Positions 26,431 to 41,849 of a stretch of 64,000 nt of DNA are shown one piece after another. The stretch is from Octopus sinensis (taxonomy: Eukaryota), in contig NC_043004.1 in NCBI RefSeq assembly GCF_006345805.1, positions 37,572,001 to 37,636,000 of the forward strand. Reading direction: 5' to 3'. A program made the translations under genes and the position numbers. The stretch's first letter is position 1; each line of letters begins with the position of its first letter. Under the pieces are notes generated by a model that ran no database searches, was not told where the DNA came from, and worked only from the letters and a program-made list of their open reading frames with translations.

Positions 26431-26865
26431 GGAAGACTCCCGTACCAGTTAGCATCACCACCACACCAGCCGCTCCATCATTACACATCTACATTACACG
26501 TTTAAGATCAGGGAATCAGTTAGGAGCCCGCTGGATCTCTCTCGGCTATACAGCAAATACCCACATCACACCAGTCAGCATTACCACTACCTCCAAGCCC
26601 GTCATATGTATGTATGCATGTATGTATGTATGTATGTATGTATGTGTGTGTGTGTGTGTGTTTATGTCTGTCCCATCACCACCATTGCTGATGAGTGCTG
26701 ATGTCTGCCAAATCGATAAGAAATTATCACGAATACGTAAAACAGAAAATTTTAAAAATTCAACAAGTATATTCATTCTTAACATATTTCGGTAAAATTG
26801 AGTATGAACTTGCTAATTTTTAAAAATCAATAACAAATAATTTAAATAAAATAATTGATAGTTAC

Positions 26866-27016
26866 TGCATTGACAACAATGTCTTCTTTGCCTTCACCGT
26901 CAAGAACTTTCTGTTGAATAATTGACATGTTTGTTACTCCAATCTTAGAAACACCATATGCAGCATAATAAAATGAAGGCCAACCCTTTGCTTTATAATC
27001 ACCGTTTTTTACATCA
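26866..27016 (-). CDS. CBR1: CBR exon 6 with the catalytic YxxxK (AYGVSKIGVT)
   Basis: TTTATTTCAG acceptor, GTAACT donor, phase 2/0. Confidence 0.95.
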
Positions 27017-27457
27017 CTGAAATAAAATAAAAGATATATACATATATAAATAAATAAGTCAACAAATTAAACATACAATAAACCGTTCTGGTGATATAGT
27101 TGTTGGAACATCTTGATTGAACCGACCTATCTACAAACAAAGTCTCCACACCAACGATACAAGGGCAAAGCAAAGCCGATACAACTTGGTATCAGTTATG
27201 TTGCAACTCATTTCTACAGCTGAGGAAACTGAAGCAACATGAAATAGAGTGTCTTGCTCAAAAACACAACACACAGCGCAGTCCAGGAATTGAACTCATT
27301 ACTTCATGATTGTGAGCCCAACTCTCTAACCACTAAACTATGCATCTTCACAAATGAATAAACAGTTTTTAAAAAAAAATATAAATCACACACATGCACA
27401 TAGAAATTATCACTTTCTGTCACTATTGGTACAGGAACAATGTGGGTTAGGCATTAA

Positions 27458-28517
27458 CCCTTTCGTTACCAAACCGCCCGAAAAAAATTTTGGTTAATGT
27501 GACCAAAGCGCCCAAATTTACTTATTCATATTTAAATGAGAATATCAGAGCAAATCTCTTTAGTACATTCGTGAAAATACGTATTATACTTTGTAAAGAG
27601 TTCAACTGCAGTTTTGTACAAAAATCGAAGTGTAATTTTAATTCCGTGAATTTTGGGAGATTTTTTTCCGAAATTTGTTCCTATTGTGTTTTCAAAATTT
27701 GTAATTCTGACAAAAAATGGATACGAATTTCATTATATCAAGCAGCGAGTCAGAATTCGAAGGATTTTCTACTGAAGACCTCCATAAATCTAACTCTATG
27801 ACTGAAAAAAAAAAAAAGCATGTGGTATTTGATAATGAATCTGATGTTTCATTTTCTGAAAGTGAAAACAGTGAATCCAAGAGCTCCGACAGCGATAAAG
27901 AAAATGAATTGGCACCTGAATGGAGTGAAAATTAAAAAACTGCTTCTTTCGGTGATTTTTCTGAAGAAACTGGACCAAGCCACAGATTTTCCCAGAAGAG
28001 TAAAGCCTTAGACTATTTCTTTTTACTTTTTCGAATGAGCCTATTCGAAATCATTACGGCGGAAACGAACCGTTACGCTAAATGTAAACAAAACGAAAGA
28101 AAGGATACTTTGTGGTTTCCCACAGCCTTAAATGAAATTAAGACTATTTTGCCATAAATCTTATTATGGGTATCAGAAAGTTACCCAGAATAACAAATTC
28201 TATCGTAAAATTTTGTTGTATACCCAACTGAATATTAGCTAATAACCCATTTTCTATAGTGATGTTTGAACAAAATTTTATATTTTGTTGAATTTACCTG
28301 TATCTACCTGCAATTAGAGTCACTTTGTGACAAAAATTATAGTATAGAATTGGTTGAGAACATTTCATTAAATTATCTTCCAAAATTCACGTTAATATAT
28401 TGATAAATAAAAAAGTTATAGTTGTTTAATGAAACCAGACTAAATTTATGATTATGTTAAAAATTAATTGAAACACATAAGGGGTGTATTTTGGTCAGAA
28501 ATATAGTAACGAAAGGG
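27458..28517 (+). mobile_element. piggyBac internal-deletion derivative
   Basis: TTAA-CCCTTTCGTTAC...GTAACGAAAGGG-TTAA; acidic transposase N-terminus and IITAETNRYA remnant. Confidence 0.9.
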
Positions 28518-28604
28518 TTAAATAATGTAAACTTGAACTTTGTATTATAACATTAACAACTTATATGCATTCAAGAGATATGCCGAAGATGAAATTATAC
28601 TTAC

Positions 28605-28733
28605 GTTACGTACTGAGCCATCAAATTTACCAGCTGAGTCATAGTCAAAGCTTTAGAGGTGAATTTTTCTCTCAGCTCTTTCGAACATCTCTCAAGTGCT
28701 GTCACACCGGAGTTACTGGAAATATTAACCACT
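28605..28733 (-). CDS. CBR1: CBR exon 5 ((R)VVNISSNSGVTALERCSKELREKF...QYV)
   Basis: GTTTTAG acceptor, GTAAGT donor, phase 2/2. Confidence 0.95.
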
Positions 28734-29949
28734 CTAAAACATAAAGTACAAATATATCTGACTATTTTTGCTTTAGTCTGTTAGAGATAGAATTATAATG
28801 GTATTGGTGAACTCTCCTATCGCAAACAACAGATGAAGATTATGTAACATTTTGCTGAATAACTTGCACAGATGATATGTTTATAGTGATCAAATACTTG
28901 TACAGGTGCATGGTGTGCCACATGTGCGATGTCGAAGTGATCACAGACCACATTGAGAATATTAGGCTTGGCCCTTATTACTGGAACTCATTTAAATCTT
29001 AATGAAGTGTTTCATCCAAGAATAAAACTTACTGCTCGGTCCAGAAACTGAAACGACGATCTTGTGATCATTAAAGGAATACTTATACAACTAAGCCACG
29101 TGCCTTCGCCCCATATTCCTTCAATACATGTGTGTGTGAAGATGTGAGCATGTGTGTATGAGTGTGTGTGTGTGCGCGCCTGTGTCTTAGTGTGTAATTG
29201 TTTATATGTGAGTCTAAGCTTAACGAGCATCAAAGAAAAGTGACAGGTAAGAGGAAACATTAAAGCTGTTAGAAAAGCACCTGGCATCTATATTCACAAA
29301 TGTTCTGATAACAATTTTCCCCTTGTCTGCTTCCTCCTATTTTGGTATACGTTAATTCCTCCCACTGACATCAGTATAACGTACTTCCACTAGCCCTTCT
29401 AATACATTTGCTAATCATCTCCATAATGGTGAATTCCATAATCTTTTGTCCATCTCTGAAGATTTCATATTTATATGTGTGGTTGTATGTGTATGTATAC
29501 ACATATATACATACATACATACAAACATACACACAAACACACACATATATATATATACATACATACATATGAGCGGACACATGTATTCCGCAGTGAAGTA
29601 TTCTGATGCTGTAAAATGTACTGAGTGATTAAGAACACTGACTTCTGAAATTTATTCTCTCATTTTTGGCCTTATATTCCTGATGCTCAATTAGAGTGCT
29701 AATTAGTTGTGCTGTATAAGGAGATATTTAGCCTATTTCTTCTTCTGTATATGTATGTATATATGTGTATCTATGATATATGAGAGGAAAATGTGTGTGT
29801 GTGTGCGCGCGCGCAGGGTTATGTGATAGGCCATAGTGATCCCACTTGATAGGCCATAATGATCCCACTTAAAATCAATATTTTTCATCCGATTTCGTTT
29901 ACGCTTGGCACATGCATCACTTATGTTCCACAGATAGTTCGACATTTTT

Positions 29950-32560
29950 AAAACTTTTTTCACTTAGGAGTAATATGGAGTAATGCAGCTTGTAAAGTCA
30001 GAACGGATGAAGAAAACTTCTATTTCTGTTGTACGGTGACTGTTGTAGGTTAGGGAGGTAACTCTTTGCGAAGTAACACTCAGAAATTGATTGTCTCCCT
30101 TACATTTGTATCCCTCACTACACTTATTTTGGTTGACAATCGTTGAGTTGTACTCCACAACAAGACGCTTTGCAAAACATTTCATGCACACATCAATGTA
30201 GAATTTTGTAATTCTGTCGAATTCATACGTTACGTATGCCAGTACATTACCAAAGGATCACACAGAGCCGTTTTTCAAATATAATCTACATGGTCAACTG
30301 ATTTTACAAATGATGATGTGTCTCTTTTCAAAACTGGACGCTACATGTCACCAATGAAGCCATATGGAGAACCTTAGGATTCCCAATTCACGAACGATGC
30401 CCTGCTAGGATTCATCTCAGTGTTCTTTGGAAAAGAGTTAACGAATTTACTTCACAGAAGACAACCTTATTCAAGAAGCAGCTGCCCCGCCAAAGACCAC
30501 TTCCACGGCTTCTTTCACCTATGCAAAGTCGACCCTTTCTCAAAGTCTATTTTGTACGCTGAAGTGCTACACTATTATACATGGAATGAATCATCTTCCC
30601 AGTGGCAACGACAAAAACAAGGCCGGCCTACGCAGTTGGATCCAGCCGTGTATAAAGGTGACACAATCGGATGCGTCTACACAGTTCACCCCTTGAACTC
30701 TGAATGCTCCCATCTGTGGCTCTTCATGTCATTAAGGAACCAACCTCCTTCGACAAACTTCGCATAGTGGACAGCCACTTATGTCGCACTTTCAAAAATG
30801 CCTGCTCCAAACGGGGTCTTTTGAATACAGATGATCAATATGATAATGCACTCGAAGAGGCCTCACTGTGTCGTTCTCCATACAAGCCCCGATATCTTTT
30901 TGCAATAATACTGGTTTTCTACAACATGACAGATGCACATTCACTTTGGAATAAATACAGAGACTCTATGTGCCATGACATTTTGCTACAGACTCGCCAA
31001 ATCACAGGTAGCATTGACACTCACACCACCACTGCCATTTACAACAGAGAGCTTCTTCTCTTGGGAGACTTGGTTATGGCAACTGGAGGTCAACGACTGG
31101 ACGCTTATTCTCTCCACTCCCCAGACTGAAATGAAACACCTGTCCCAATCGCCTCATTCTCAGAGAAACATCCTACAACATCCACTAAAATGGTACATTG
31201 CTGACAATGAGCCCCTTCTGAATTCTTCTGATCAAGTTGATGTATACAATTTTGTTCTCGGAAACATCTACACATCTACTGGCGGAATCATCTTTTTAGA
31301 TGTACCCGGTGGAACTGAAATAACATTCCTCCTGAATGTTTTTCTTGCGAAGTTGCAGCGTAAGGGTGACCATGCTATTACTGTCGTCTCCTCCTGAATA
31401 GCCTGGACTCTTCTTGACGGCGGACGAACACCACACTGTACCTTCAAATTGTCTTTCAATGTAGCACACCAAGAAAACCCAACGTACTACATAATGCATT
31501 TCTCGGACGGAGCGACAATTTTGATTAAGTGCAAACTCATTGTTTGGGATGAAGCAACTATATCCCATAAATGTTCCCTACAAGCACTTGATACTACAAT
31601 GAGAGACCTTAGATCAAACAACAACATCCTTGGAGCTGTGACTCTTCTTCTTGCAGGAGATTTTTAACAAACCCTGCCTATTATGCCCAAAGGAATACCC
31701 GCTGATGAACTTAATGCCTGACTTAAAAATCTCTCCTTTGGTCGCATGTCCAATTGAAATAACTCACCATCAACATGAGATGACTCCAACAGACTGGTCA
31801 GTCTTACAACTCAGTTTTTGGAAATGCTCCTTAAAATCGGCAATGAACAAATTACGTCCGACGACAATGGATACATTGACACTACCACCATTGGCCACAC
31901 TGTCTTCAGCCCTTATGACTTATGTTTTGGCATTTACCCAAATCTTACAATGGAATACTTAAAACCAGATTGGCTATGCGACAGGGCTGTACTTGCACCT
32001 ACAAATGCAGCTGTCAACGCTCTTAACTACGACTACCTTGAGAAGGTAGTCAGCAACCTTCTCAAGAACCTTGTTACAGATCAGTTGACACCGTTACCGA
32101 CCTCGAGCAGGTTACACAGTTTCCAACAGAATTTCTCAACTCCCAAGATCCTCCAGAACTCCCTCCTCATGAACTTCACTTAAAAGTCGGTTGCCCTATC
32201 TTCATCCTACGCAATCTAAACACACCCACACTATCAATGGAACTCGCCTTGCGGTCAAACAAATGATGGACCACGTCACTGAAGCCCAAATTATCACAGG
32301 ACATGGCAAAAACGATACCGTTTTCATTACGAAAATTCCGCTGACACCAAGAGACTGCTCCTATCGTATGGAGACACTTCAGTTCCCTCTTAAACTCAGC
32401 TTCTCTATGACAATTAACAAAGCACAAGGTCAGGTGCTGAAAGCTTCGGATTGTACCTTCGAACGTTGGGCTTTTCACGTCGGTTGTTCCAGAGTTGGCC
32501 ATCCTGAAAACTTATGTTCCTGAAGGAAAAACCAAACAATGTCGTCTACAAAGTAGCCCT
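29950..32560 (+). mobile_element. Helitron RepHel, degenerate
   Basis: HAHINVEFC, FLDVPGGTE, IVWDEATI, LLAGDF and FSMTINKAQGQ, with many stops and frameshifts. Confidence 0.9.
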
Positions 32561-32836
32561 ACAGTAGTTATCCCTCTACTTCAATCTTCACATCTACGCC
32601 AAGCTGTAGTAGTTAGCAATCAGATTTCCTGGAAGATTTCATTGATATTTTGCTTCTTTTCACTGGTTGCTGTTAACAGTACATTACCTTCCATGATCCT
32701 TCTTACTTCACGCACGCTGTTCGCTCATAAGCATGCTCTAACATATTTTTGTACATGTCATTATTCTATTTGTGTTTTTGCTATAAATGTTTGCTTTTCT
32801 TTATCATACATAACTTTCATTAGAAAAAATCTTCAA

Positions 32837-32839
<3 letters not shown>

Positions 32840-32867
<28 letters not shown>

Positions 32868-32947
32868 GTAATGTGTGTGCGTGTGTATGTATATATAGAT
32901 ACATATACGTATATGTATATATGTGCACATATATATGTATATATATT

Positions 32948-33029
<82 letters not shown>

Positions 33030-33245
33030 TACATACAATATATATAGATATATATGCAAGTATATATGCACATACACACACACATATATATATATACATA
33101 TATATATATACACATACATCTTTATATACATATACTTATATACATATATGTATATATACATATACGTATATATATATATATATACATATACACATATATA
33201 TAAAGACAAATATATACACACATATATATATACATATAATATATG
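32840..33245. repeat. Compound (TA)n/(CA)n microsatellite
   Basis: Direct inspection; similar blocks at 34205-34650, 36080-36235 and 37915-38320. Confidence 0.95.
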
Positions 33246-33559
33246 GTAATTTGTGCCTTTCGAAACACGTGTAGAATGAAATAAAACGATTTCTGTTCAA
33301 TCTGCGTTCAGCTCCATTTCTTCAATTCACCAATAATGTTTTAATTTCAATTATCCGCACCAACGCACGGTTGCAACGCCAGATGGTTGTACCTCCAACC
33401 GTGCTGTTTACTGCTGTGATTTTTGCTACTAAGGTATCGGTTAAAATTTTGATTAATCTACTACAAGATTATTCATCTTTCTATTTCACATAATACATAT
33501 AATATATATATATATACAGTATATACATATATATGTACATACACATATACATAAATACA

Positions 33560-34205
33560 TACACACATATATGCATATAGATGGTGGTTGTCTATTCCTT
33601 ATGTAGAGTTTGACCACCTCCTGTACCTACTCCTTAGAACAATTATGGCGTCTGATGTGGTTTTTGAAACTAGACTATGTTCTGAAAAGACATCCACATA
33701 GATAGCATATCCGATTTGGATTACCAAGAGATGAAAATAAGTTCTGATCTTTGTAGATCTTAAAATGTCTTTTGAGGCTTCCGTTAGATTTGCAAATCTG
33801 GCATTTATTGCATTCAAAAGTTTGCACAGACATATAGACAGAATAGTTGGTGGAGGTTCGTTCTCCATGGGTTCGGAAATGAGATTTGAACCCAGCAAAA
33901 GAAAGGCATGGTCTGTCACAAACTGTGCGCCAAAAAAAAAAATCATTGTGATTCACCTTCTCGATCGTTACATTCTTCCTTAAATTTCTTTTGCGTCTTG
34001 CATGCGTTATCCAGGACTCTTCAAACACTTTCACTCCACTCCACACTTATGTTCACCATCCACTTCTATCTGAAGCAAGGGTCTTTATGTCTTCTGGATC
34101 CATTCCAAGTGACTTCATAGTAATCCTTATGCTGTTCTTAAACCTCTTTTTAAAGTTTACGCCGATAGCATTTAGCATTTCTCCTCTGCTTTGGGCATGC
34201 GTTCA
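33560..34205 (-). mobile_element. RTE LINE 3' fragment with C2H2-like fingers
   Basis: [17 protein letters not shown]...CDRPCLSFAGFKSHFRTH. Confidence 0.7.
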
Positions 34206-34245
34206 TCCACCACTCGGATATATACATATTCATATATACATATAC

Positions 34246-34278
<33 letters not shown>

Positions 34279-34495
34279 TATCTGTGTGTGTGTATATACA
34301 TACATATAATAAATATCCATACATATATATACATATATATATACATATGTATATACACACACACATATATAAACATAAATATAGATACATAAATATATAT
34401 ATATACATAAATTTATATACTTATATATAGATATATATAGATATATATACATATATATACATAAATATATATATATATATGCATACATACATACG

Positions 34496-34567
<72 letters not shown>

Positions 34568-34579
34568 CATATATACATA

Positions 34580-34620
<41 letters not shown>

Positions 34621-35029
34621 AAGATATATATATATATAACATACATACAAGGTAAGCAGAGTTAGCGATTGTAGTAACCGACTGAGGGATAAAAGTTTTC
34701 TCCAATTTCTGATATATATATATAAGTGAAATCGAAACCATATAATAGTGAAATTATTATATCATTACAATGGAGATGTTATTGTTTCACTTTTGACACT
34801 AAATACGAAACAGTATAAGAGATAAGAGATTGCTCCCGGCTTGCATGAGGCAAGAGGTTGAAAGCAAGGTGTGCATAAAATTTGAATGAAATCGGTTGGG
34901 TAGTTCATGAGTTTTAGCGATGCACACATACAAACAAACAAACAGACAGACGTTCTCAGTTTTATACACATATACACACATATATTTATACATATGTGTG
35001 TGTGTGTGTGTGTGTGTGCACATAAATAC

Positions 35030-35132
35030 CTGGCATGAGGACGCAACAGTGGAAAGATTTCCTGACAGACATTCAAAGTTGCAGTAAAGTTACATCTTAA
35101 TGTCTCCTCTACTTGCTCACTGTTGAATCTTC
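35030..35132 (-). CDS. CBR1: CBR exon 4, frameshifted (EDST..EQVEETLRCNFTATLNVCQEIFPLLRPHAR)
   Basis: TTTCTTTTCTAG acceptor and AG|GTATTT donor; 103 nt does not fit phase 0/2. Confidence 0.9.
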
Positions 35133-36133
35133 CTAGAAAAGAAATTGCAGACTTAGTGACAGTTAATTATTGTTAGACAGAAGGAGGTAATACATATAAG
35201 TTGGCTCCCAGAAAAGAAAAAGTACACAGGAGAAATGGTTCACGAGAGAAAACGCATCCTAAAATTTGAAATACATTGAGAAAAAAGGTAAGTAGGAGGA
35301 TGATACGTCTAGCTAAAAAACACAAACAAACAAAAAACAGAATATTTCAATGTGTCTTCAATGCACATGTGTGAGATGATGTGGTTTCTAACGACCAGAG
35401 TAGGGTATATGAGAACATGTGCCTAGTTTTTGAGACCAAAAGACAACAGGTGATGTGAGGCAACAGGCGAAGTTGGTGTACGACACACCACAGGCTAATG
35501 CAACAATATCTGAAGTGACGAAATGCAGAGGGTTACGGCAAGGGACATTAGTAATGCCGTTGGCCTAGCATCGTTGTCATCTTTGTAATACGGTGGAAGC
35601 AGGTGGTATAAAGTAGCAAGTAAAGAGTTAGTCGTATATGGAAAAAGCAAGCAGTGAGCTATGATGCATTCGAATCTACTAATCTGAATATCTCTTTGGA
35701 AATTAAAGAGAAAGAGCATAATTATGGACCACTGCCTTGAAACCTTCTGCCTCTATATCCAAATTACAAATTCACATTATTGGTTCACATTTTTTTTGTG
35801 AATAAATGCCGAAGTAACAATCTGGATGAGGTATGGTTTTCAGAAAAATACATCAACCAAATAACTCATACATTACAAAACAATCTGTAAGTGAAACAGT
35901 AAAAATATGGAAGACTTTACTCAAGTTTAAAATATGATATTTTTTTTGCTATTTACCTTCCAGTGATGAAGCATTGCATCTTTGTTAAAAACTACAATAT
36001 ATATTATATATTGTGAAATTTGATTTGGTATTACTAAATTGAACTTTTTCCCTGTAAGTTTGGAATAATATTCCCTAATATTATATATATATATATATAA
36101 TATATATATATATATATACATGCACACACACAC

Positions 36134-37100
<967 letters not shown>

Positions 37101-37504
37101 ACGAACTTTCATGACTGACTGTTCTTTGTTTTATAACGCATGGACTAGTCCCTATAGAGTAATATTTATTTTTATCTGTTGTGACTACACATCTATATAC
37201 ATTATTTCTTACCGCACGGTTAGTTTAATATTTGCATTGTGTTCTCCTAGTGTAATGGCATTTTTCTATGTATTAAGCTATCTATGTCTTTATTATTAGA
37301 TTTTATAATGTTCTAGTTTGTTTTACAATTTTGCTGATTATCTTAAAAATTATTGTTTTCAAATTAGTCGCTACTCTTTCTAATTACTCTTTCTAATTAC
37401 TATGTACGTCTTTTGAATTATTTAATTGAGTAGTTTCCCTTTGATTATTGCTTATTTCCCAAGCAGTGGTTTCAATATCTTTAATTTGATTTTCATTATT
37501 TTTT

Positions 37505-37740
37505 TTTTTTCTACTCTAGGCACAAGGCCCGAATTTTTTTGGGGCGTGGGTGGGTGGGTGGGTGGGGGGATGGAGCACTCGATGAGATCGACCACAGTAC
37601 GAAATTAGTACTTAATTTATCGACCCCGAAAGGATGAAAGGCAAAGTCGATCTCGGCGGAATTTGTACTCAGAACATAAAGACAGACGAAATACCGCCAA
37701 GCATTTCACCCAGCATGCTAACGTTTCTGCCAGCACACCG
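37505..37740 (-). mobile_element. SINE family B
   Basis: Family B core on the minus strand. Confidence 0.85.
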
Positions 37741-37934
37741 GCTTATTTTCATTTTTATATACTTTATCAATGTTGTTGTCCTGTGCTTTCGCAATCTCTT
37801 TGGTGTTGTGGGCAGCTATAATATAAGCTAAATTTCTCGAGTTGGAGAACGCAATTTTGATTTTTCGTTTAATTTCGTTAAATTAATAAATTTAATATAG
37901 CTCAGATTAAATCTCTCTCTCTCTCTCTCTCTCT

Positions 37935-38014
<80 letters not shown>

Positions 38015-38217
38015 TATATATATATGTGTGTGTGTGTGTGTGGTGTGTGTGTGTGTAAACGGACAGAGTCAACGACTATTGAAGAGGTTGCAAGAAGCAA
38101 GGAAAATTTTAGAAAATATAAATAAGTAAGTAAATGAGTGGGAATCGAACCGGGGTGAGTATGTTAATTAATAAGGCAGTAAAACAGAATGATTCTCTCC
38201 AGACACAGTAATATATC

Positions 38218-38250
<33 letters not shown>

Positions 38251-38959
38251 TATATATTATATATATATATATGTATATGTATATCCGTATGTATTATGTA
38301 TGTGTGTGTGTGTGTGTTGAAGGGTGGCCATATAGATAAGGTTAAAATTACTGAAACTGAAACTTAACTACTTATTTTACCCTCTATTTCTGGTTGGTAG
38401 ATTGTATATAGATTTGTTATTAGCATTTTCTGTTTTATGCTATAGTTTTTGTTTATAAAATTATTATTTTATGATTTAATGTATAAAATGGTGTACTAGG
38501 ATTTGAAATTAAAATTATATTTTTTCGGCTTATCCATTGATGGAATGAGAAATTCAGTCAAATTGCACGTGTATATAAATACACAAAAATCTGAAAAATA
38601 TTTTCAGCTTCTCTCTCACTCTTGCCATATATATATATGTGTGTGTGTATACATACACGCACACAGACGTATATATATTTATACAGACACAGACACACAC
38701 ACACACACACACACACAACACAACACAGCACAACGCAACATAACACAACAACAATAACGAAGTCTCTGTATGGTCATTGATCTTGCTACAAAAGTTAGGT
38801 AACTTTTCCTTAAATCACACATTAGCAACTCATGGCAAAAAAAATATTGGGGTATATTGGATGATGCAGTCGTAGATACCTTATGTGTAGATAAAAATAT
38901 GATTCATCTTTGATTATGAGTATGCTTGGATTAAATTTGACCTTGGGCTTAAAAAAAAA

Positions 38960-39390
38960 AGTAGCTTGCTAACCATAGACGCAGGAGTGGCTGTGTGGTA
39001 AGTAGCTTGCTAACCAACCACATGGTTCCAGGTTCAGTCCCACTGCATGGCATCTTGGGCAAATGTCTTCTGCTATAGCCCCGGGCCGACCAATGCCTTG
39101 TGAGTGGATTTGGTAGACGGAAACTGAAAGAAGCCTGTCGTATATATGTATATATATATATGTGTGTGTGTTTGTGTGTCTGTGTTTGTCCCCCTAGCAT
39201 TGCTTGACAACCGATGCTGGTGTGTTTACGTCCCCGTCACTTAGCGGTTCGGCAAAACAGACTGATAGAATAAGTACTGGGCTTACAAAGAATAAGTCCC
39301 GGGGTCGATTTGCTTGACTAAAGGCGGTGCTCCAGCATGGCCGCAGTCAAATGATTGAAACAAGTAAAAGAGTAAAGAGTAAAGAGAGAT
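38960..39390 (-). mobile_element. SINE family A inserted about 20 nt past the CBR exon 3 donor
   Basis: Family A consensus. Confidence 0.85.
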
Positions 39391-39408
39391 CTGAAAGGTG
39401 TCTATTAC

Positions 39409-39587
39409 CTGATAAAGAATAGCAGCATTGTTAACGAGAATATCCACACCTCCATAAGTTTCTTTCAAATATTTTGCTAAAGCAGAAATACTTTTAGAGT
39501 CTGTGATGTCGAGTTGATGGAATTTGGAGTGACATCCTTCTTTGTTAAGTCTTGCAGTAGCTGCTTCACCACGCCCAACATCACGAG
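39409..39587 (-). CDS. CBR1: CBR exon 3 ((A)RDVGRGEAAT...FHQLDITD...DILVNNAAILYQ)
   Basis: AG acceptor, CAG|GTAATA donor, phase 1/0. Confidence 0.95.
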
Positions 39588-39683
39588 CTTGCATGAAAAA
39601 AAAGGGAAGACAGTTGTATTAGAGAATTGATGAAAGCTTAACAGACTGTTGAAGAAAAATTATTGTATTCTATAGTTTTAGAT

Positions 39684-39937
39684 CAGTGGTTCTCAACTAG
39701 GGTTCATATGGCCCTTGAGGGGATCATTATAACATCTTGTTAAAATTTGTCTGCAATAAATTGATTGTATTTCTACAATGCATAAAATATACTAACAATT
39801 TTTTTATGCAGTTCCTAAAACTATTTAGTTATAAAAATATAACAGGATTTTTTAAAGCATCAAATGTTTATGAGAGACCAACCGAGTAAAATAGGAATCA
39901 AAGGGATCCACATGTAAGAAATGGTTGTGAACCAATG
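39684..39937. mobile_element. hAT-type MITE
   Basis: CAGTGGTTCTCAAC...GTTGTGAACCAATG ends; imperfect 8-bp TSD (TTTTAGAT/GTATAGAT). Confidence 0.65.
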
Positions 39938-39974
39938 GTATAGATTCAAGGAGCTCCGATTACGATGAAGAAAA

Positions 39975-40225
39975 TGACAGTAGCGATATGAATGACACAG
40001 GAATTTGATAAGCTCGGAAAATATAAAGATCTGCTAATCGAAACCGAAAAGATGAGGCATCTCAAGACGGTTACAATACCAGTGATTGTAGGAGCACTTG
40101 GAATGATAAAAAAAGTGACTGAAAATTATTTAAGAGTGATCCTTGGCTACCATCCATGCAGGAAGTACAAAAGATTGTCTTAACTGGTATGTCACATGTA
40201 TTGAGAAAAGCATTGTTGCTGTAAA
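39975..40225 (+). mobile_element. R4/Dong-like LINE 3' fragment
   Basis: KLGKYKDL...IPVIVGALGMIKK, homologous to 44750-44960. Confidence 0.75.
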
Positions 40226-40269
40226 TTTTCTTTCCTCCCCTACTTTATTTTATTTGGAACTTCTGGAAG

Positions 40270-41620
40270 TCTCACAGCCTCATCCAGCCATCACAATTTG
40301 GATTTATTCCTAACTCCAGCTGCTGTAATCAACTCATCAAATTTCTTGAGGACATTACCCAAATCACTGATCGCGGATCCTGGGTGGATGTTGTTTACCT
40401 GGACTTTGCTAAGGCTTTTAACTCTGTGCCACACAAAAGACTTATGGTGAAACTCTCTGCGTTGGGCGTAAGAGACGAACTCCATAACTGGTTGAAGTCC
40501 TTTATTTTCGGCCGAAAAGAGGTTGTCACAGTTCTAGGACAGTAATCTTCACCCTATGAGATGAGATCTGGTGTACCACAGGGATCTGTTCTTGGCCCCC
40601 TTTTATTTGTTGCATATGTTAATGACATAGATGCCAACTTAAAGAATACCACAGTGCTGAAATATGCAAATGACATCAAGCTGTACCTCGAAATAAAGAG
40701 GTCAGATCCTGTACACTATAGATCTCTATTGCAGGCAGACCTGGACACAATGCAGCAGTGGATCATGGACTGGCAACTCAAGCTGGCTGTGGACAAATGT
40801 ACCACTATGCATTTTGGGAGGAGAAACCCAGCGTCCACTTACTCCCTCCACAACACTAATCTCAAAAAGTCTTCGTGTGAACGTGACCTGAGTGTTATTG
40901 TCGATAGTGATTTGCGTTGGACAAAACACATTGCTAAAATTGTCTGAGGCATCACTCACCAAGTCCTTTGTGAGCCGCTCTCCGGCTACCTATCTGCGGC
41001 TTTATATAGCTATGGTAAGACCACATCTGGAATTTGCATCACCGGTCTGGAACCCCTATCTTGCCCAGGATATTAATCGTCTGGAAGCCGTTCAGCGACG
41101 TGCAACCAAAAGAATACCCTCCATCAGGCATTTGCCATATTCTGAACGCCTTACTTCCCTGGGCATGGACACGTTGAAACTCCGACGTCTGGCAGCTGAC
41201 TTGGCAGACACCCATAAAATTATTAACCATCTTACAAACAATAACTCTGAGCACCTTTTCAAACTTCACCCATCTAACACCCGTGGACATGTTTACAAAG
41301 TCAGAAAACAGCACAGCTCCCATGACTTTCGGAAACATTTTTTCACGCTTAGAGTTGCTGAAGCATGGAACAAACTGCTGGCATCAGTTGTTAGTTGTCG
41401 GAGCACTTCATCCTTCAAAACTTTCATGCTTTCTGAGATTCGCCAACACTACACCTGATTTTCTCCCCTCCATACACACACAAGCATGTATCTGACTCAT
41501 ACATTTTTCGTTTTCCAGACATTTGTACATTACTGCATATACTTTATACGCACTTTCTGACAAGTTGTGGTGCACCCGAGCACTGTATACAATAATTTCA
41601 TTATTATTATTATTATTTTT
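40270..41620 (+). mobile_element. CR1-group LINE, 5'-truncated, with (ATT)n tail
   Basis: GVPQGSVLGPLLF, VRPHLEFASPVWNP and FFTLRVAEAWN; a tail fragment also occurs inverted at about 20310-20365. Confidence 0.9.
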
Positions 41621-41815
41621 ATTGTTTTTTATTTTTTCCTTTTTCTCTTTGTCTTCTCCTTTTTTCTATCACATGACTCTGTAAATGAACAATCTGGTGT
41701 GCTATCAATGTATACAGTGTGCTTCTCTGCCCTAGGTGTCAGGGAGACACTCGCCAAGAAATGAAAACAATTGAAAGAAGATGCGAATGAAAATGATGAT
41801 AATGATGATGATGAT

Positions 41816-41849
<34 letters not shown>

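Noticed and set aside
29733-30191. Two protein-like minus ORFs
   Set aside because: They largely overlap the antisense strand of the Helitron Rep region and simple repeats.
32495-34741. Long Y/I/T/H-rich ORFs of up to 259 aa
   Set aside because: Artefacts of stop-free (TA)n/(CA)n microsatellites.
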